A DNA stretch of 64,000 nucleotides from an uncultured Verrucomicrobiota bacterium (lineage in GTDB: Bacteria > Verrucomicrobiota > Verrucomicrobiia > Limisphaerales > J093), in contig CAZHUS010000036.1 of assembly GCA_964535555.1 (NCBI GenBank), positions 337 through 64,336 on the forward strand, given 5' to 3'. The position numbers were made by a program, and so were the translations under genes. Each line of letters begins with the position of its first letter. Positions within the stretch are counted from its first letter, which is position 1. This document shows positions 60,847 to 64,000 of the stretch, one piece after another. The notes under the pieces were generated by a model. The model saw only the letters and a program-made list of their open reading frames with translations, was not told where the DNA came from and ran no database searches.

Positions 60847-61787
60847 GCCGCCCCTCCTTCCTGCTTGAGCGCGGTCACGAAGATCTCCTCCAGCGTGAGC
60901 GCCTCGCTCGTCAACGCCTCCGGCGACAGCGACTCCAATCGCTCCATCACCCGCGCCTTGTTCCCGTTGACCACCACCTCCAATTCGCGCCCTTCGCGCC
61001 GCAGGACCCGGAGCTCGCCCAGCTCCACCGACGGCAGTTCCCGCGGGAAGCGCGCGTAGATCCGCTGGTACTGTTCCCGGGCGGTGTCTGCCGCCATCGT
61101 CATGACTTCGCGCCCCCGGTCGATGATCGTAAACTCGTCGATCAACCCCTCGAACTCGCTGATCAGATGCGTGGACACGAACACCGTCCTCCGGCCGGGG
61201 TCCCCCTCCTGGAAGGCACCGATCACCGTCTGAATGAATTCGCGACGCACGATGGGATCCAACCCGGATGTCGGTTCGTCGAGGATGAGCAACTCGGGCT
61301 CGGGACAGATGGCGGCAATCAAGGCGAGCTGGGTTCGCTGGCCCTTGGAGAGGTGGCTCGTCTTGCACTCGGTGTCGAGTTGGAACCGTTCGAGCAGGGC
61401 CCCCTCCGTGTCATCACTCCAGTGCGTGCGGAACGAGGCGAGGTAATCGAGCGTCTCGCGCACCGTCATCCAGGGATAAAACGCCACCTGGTCGGGCACG
61501 TACGCCAGTCGTGACTTCACCGCCACCTCGTGCCGTGAGGGCTGGAGTCCGAAGAGCCGGACCGCGCCCGAAGTCGGCCGAAGCAGGTCAAGGACACACT
61601 TGATCGTCGTGGTCTTGCCGGCACCGTTGCGTCCAAAGAAGCCATAGCAGCGTCCGGGCTGGACCTGCAGGCTCAGCCCCGCGACGGCATCGGCATGCCC
61701 GAAACGCCGCACCAGCTTGTCAATCTCGAGGACGGGAGTCGTCGTCGTGGTCATAGAAGGATCCATGGATTCGCGGATGCGGTTCAC
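60843..61787 (-). CDS. ABC transporter ATP-binding protein (YtrB-like)
   Basis: GRNGAGKTT, LSKGQ, LILDEPTSGLD, VSTH. Confidence 0.95.
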   Translation of the reverse strand: MNRIRESMDPSMTTTTTPVLEIDKLVRRFGHADAVAGLSLQVQPGRCYGFFGRNGAGKTTTIKCVLDLLRPTSGAVRLFGLQPSRHEVAVKSRLAYVPDQVAFYPWMTVRETLDYLASFRTHWSDDTEGALLERFQLDTECKTSHLSKGQRTQLALIAAICPEPELLILDEPTSGLDPIVRREFIQTVIGAFQEGDPGRRTVFVSTHLISEFEGLIDEFTIIDRGREVMTMAADTAREQYQRIYARFPRELPSVELGELRVLRREGRELEVVVNGNKARVMERLESLSPEALTSEALTLEEIFVTALKQEGGAA

Positions 61788-62149
61788 AGCCGCCGCTGCA
61801 CACTGCCGTCACACAAGACGGCCATCTCGGCTCCATCGGGGAAACCAACCCGCATCAGCACTTCGTGCGGTCGGTTGACGTCGGGCCGGAGCGAAACGAC
61901 GACGTTCCAGCCGTCGAGTTCCTGGGCCTGGGCGGGAGCCAGCCAGCCGGCCTGGAGCAACTCGGGTGCTGAAACGGCGGCGGGAACCGCTTTCGCCTCC
62001 GTTTCCAGACTCTGCCGGTAAGCCTGGGCGGCGAGGTAAACCGCGGCAAGGTCGGGCGACCGCGGTGCGAGGTTGACCCGGTTCAGCCCCAGGCTGAGCC
62101 CGAGGATTCCGGCGAAGATCAGGGTCACGGGGATGGCAGGATGCTTCAT
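61784..62149 (-). CDS. Small exported/bitopic protein ending in a pilin-type 'DGSVQ' motif
   Basis: N-terminal hydrophobic segment; 'L...G.L' pilin-like helix; C-terminal AVLCDGSVQ. Confidence 0.7.
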   Translation of the reverse strand: MKHPAIPVTLIFAGILGLSLGLNRVNLAPRSPDLAAVYLAAQAYRQSLETEAKAVPAAVSAPELLQAGWLAPAQAQELDGWNVVVSLRPDVNRPHEVLMRVGFPDGAEMAVLCDGSVQRRL

Positions 62150-62160
62150 GGTATCTCTCC

Positions 62161-62574
62161 TCAGCTTGCGGATTCGGCTGATGCCTTGGCGCGCCGGGCC
62201 TCGAAGAGGTCGAGCCGCTGGTTCACCAGCTTCAGAAAATCGGGACGGTCGATCTGCAGGTGATGGGCCTGGACGATGGCGGCATCCACTTCCTCGGCGA
62301 GCAACTGGTTACGCACCTCGCGCTTGAACGGGGAGCCGTTGGCCTTGAGGAAGCAGCCTTTGCCGGGGAGGGTTTCGATGACGCCCTGGGTCTCAAGTTC
62401 GGCGTACGCTTTGGCGATGGTGTTGCGGTTGACGCGCAACTGCTCGGCGAGCGGGCGGATCGAGGGGAGCGGCTCGCCGGCCTGGAGGGCGCCGGCGGCG
62501 GCGGCGGCTTTGATCTGGTCCACCACCTGGAGGTAGACGGGCTTGCCGGACTTGAAATTGAGCTGGAGCAGCAT
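62161..62574 (-). CDS. GntR-family regulator, YtrA subfamily
   Basis: PVYLQVVDQI, LPSIRPLAEQLRVNRNTIAKAY.ELE..G.I....GKGCF; short C-terminus; heads an ABC operon. Confidence 0.93.
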   Translation of the reverse strand: MLLQLNFKSGKPVYLQVVDQIKAAAAAGALQAGEPLPSIRPLAEQLRVNRNTIAKAYAELETQGVIETLPGKGCFLKANGSPFKREVRNQLLAEEVDAAIVQAHHLQIDRPDFLKLVNQRLDLFEARRAKASAESAS

Positions 62575-62595
62575 GAGCAGGCTCGGGTTTGTTAT

Positions 62596-62634
62596 CTGTC
62601 ATAGGACAGTATGACAGTCGCCCGCCGACGTCAA
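62596..62634 (-). promoter_or_regulatory. YtrA-type operator overlapping the promoter
   Basis: Inverted repeat CTGTCATA-N6-TATGACAG (62596-62617) over a -10 TACTGT (62611-62606); -35 TTGACG (62634-62629); 17 nt spacer. Confidence 0.8.
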
Positions 62635-62787
62635 GCGCGATTTTTGAGATTTTTCCGGCATGCCCAAACGCGCCGCCATCCGTGGCGCGCCGGCGTTGCC
62701 GGCTCGCACCCGCGGGCAGCGGAGAGCCCGCCCCTCCTGGTGCGTCGTGCGTTGACAAGCTCATGCGCCTCGCCACAGAACTGGCGC

Positions 62788-63471
62788 ATGCCAAGAACCG
62801 CCTTGATCACGGGAGCCACACGCGGAATCGGCCGCGAGGTCGCCCGACAATTGCACGCTGCCGGTTTTCGGGTGTTTGTCACCGGCCGCGACCACCCGAC
62901 GTTGGCCACGCTGCAGCAGGAACTCGGCTGCCCCGGCGCCCCTGCCGATCTCGCCCACAGCGATACCGTGCTGAAGCTTTACGAGCAGGCACGCCAGGAA
63001 CTGGGCCAGGTCGACGTACTGGTGAACAACGCCGGCTTCAACAAGGCGAAGGACCCCATTCCTCGCATCATCGCCGAAGACCTGGACACTTCTTACGCCG
63101 TCAACGTCCGCGCCCCGATCCTGCTCGCGCGCGAAGCCCTCCGGGAAATGGCGGCGCGACGGGCGGGCCACATCGTGAATGTGCTCAGCAGCATCGTGCA
63201 CGTGAAGACCGAGAACTACTCGGTTTACACCACGATGAAGCACGCGCTGCACGGCTTCACCGGCTGTCTCGCCAAGGAAGCCCGCCCATCCGGCGTGAAA
63301 GTCACCGCGGTGTATCCCGGAGGCGTGAACACGACCTTCCGACCGAACGCCCGACCCGATTACATGGACCCCCTGTCGGCCGCCCGCGTGATCGTGGACT
63401 GCATCCAGGCACCTGAGGACGTCGTGGTTCACGAACTCACGTTCCGGCCGATGGTGGAAACGAACTTTTGA
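62788..63471 (+). CDS. Short-chain dehydrogenase/reductase
   Basis: TGATRGIG, DVLVNNAG, YTTMK (YxxxK), VYPGGVNT. Confidence 0.93.
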   Translation: MPRTALITGATRGIGREVARQLHAAGFRVFVTGRDHPTLATLQQELGCPGAPADLAHSDTVLKLYEQARQELGQVDVLVNNAGFNKAKDPIPRIIAEDLDTSYAVNVRAPILLAREALREMAARRAGHIVNVLSSIVHVKTENYSVYTTMKHALHGFTGCLAKEARPSGVKVTAVYPGGVNTTFRPNARPDYMDPLSAARVIVDCIQAPEDVVVHELTFRPMVETNF

Positions 63472-63605
63472 AGCTCGGAGCGCCAGTTCCCCGGATAAGG
63501 ACCGCGAGCGTCCAGCGAACCGGCGCCCGACCGGTCCACAACGGGCACTCCGGCATTCCGTTTGTCGGGGGACGCAGCTTCACGTATGATCGGGCGACTT
63601 GGCTC

Positions 63606-64000
63606 ATGGCTTGGATGTTCCGCGCGTGGCTGTTGATGGTGGTGTTGGGCTGGGGTGCCGTCGCCCTCGCACAACCCCGGTGGCGCCTGGTCTGGAGTGA
63701 TGAATTCCAGCAACCGGAAGGCACGCCTCCTTCCTCAGCTCGATGGGCCTTTGACACCGGCGGTCACGGATGGGGCAATTCCGAACTGCAGTCCTACACC
63801 ACGCGGCGGGCCAACTCGCGCGTCGAGAGCGGAATGCTGGTGATCGAGGCGCGGAAAGAAGCCTACACGGGAACGGACGGCATCCGCCGCGAGTACACCT
63901 CGGCGCGCCTCAAGACCATGGGCAAGGCGTGGTGGACCTATGGCCGGATGGAGGCCCGCATCCAGATCCCGTCCGGGCAGGGGCTTTGGCCCGCTTTCTG
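63606..64000 (+). CDS. Glycoside hydrolase family 16 (laminarinase-like), truncated by the window end
   Basis: My translation: signal peptide, LVWSDEF, GWGNSELQSY, YTSARLKT, YGRMEARIQIP.GQGLWPAF. Confidence 0.9.
   Translation, partial: MAWMFRAWLLMVVLGWGAVALAQPRWRLVWSDEFQQPEGTPPSSARWAFDTGGHGWGNSELQSYTTRRANSRVESGMLVIEARKEAYTGTDGIRREYTSARLKTMGKAWWTYGRMEARIQIPSGQGLWPAF

Overview
GC-rich bacterial chromosome segment. The 16S sequence and gene content point to Verrucomicrobiota, probably subdivision 3 (Pedosphaerales/Limisphaerales-like); this is inference, no database was searched. In order: the 5' 625 nt of a 16S rRNA gene with leader and promoter (minus strand); rlmN and glgP; a secreted Calx-beta/Ig protein; a four-gene PAS/hybrid-kinase cluster; pcm; an esterase; a stand-alone nuoABCD block; metF; rhodanese; a phoU-pstSCAB-B operon with a Pho box; a T2SS/type IV pilus-like operon (liposecretin, PilM/N, PilO, PilP-like, GspE/PilB); cimA; an orphan CII-like regulator; DUF1080; a three-gene SPT-reductase-AUR1/PAP2 operon; DUF2490; tandem DUF6807; a LamG protein; DUF5679; long-form ndk; an MFS transporter; a TSP3-repeat protein; a sulfatase; REP/BIME-like mosaics; a YtrA-family GntR/ABC operon carrying pilin-like modules; an SDR; and a truncated GH16. 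No CRISPR array, tRNA, transposase or prophage was seen. Best leads: (1) a candidate sphingolipid operon with an IPC-synthase-like enzyme; (2) a shared C-terminal '(F/Y)(F/Y)RA' domain on three unrelated secreted proteins, near a T2SS-like machine; (3) two PstB subunits with complementary degenerate motifs, plus a PhoU fused to a non-catalytic ArsC/LMW-PTP domain; (4) a YtrA-ABC operon with pilin-like modules.
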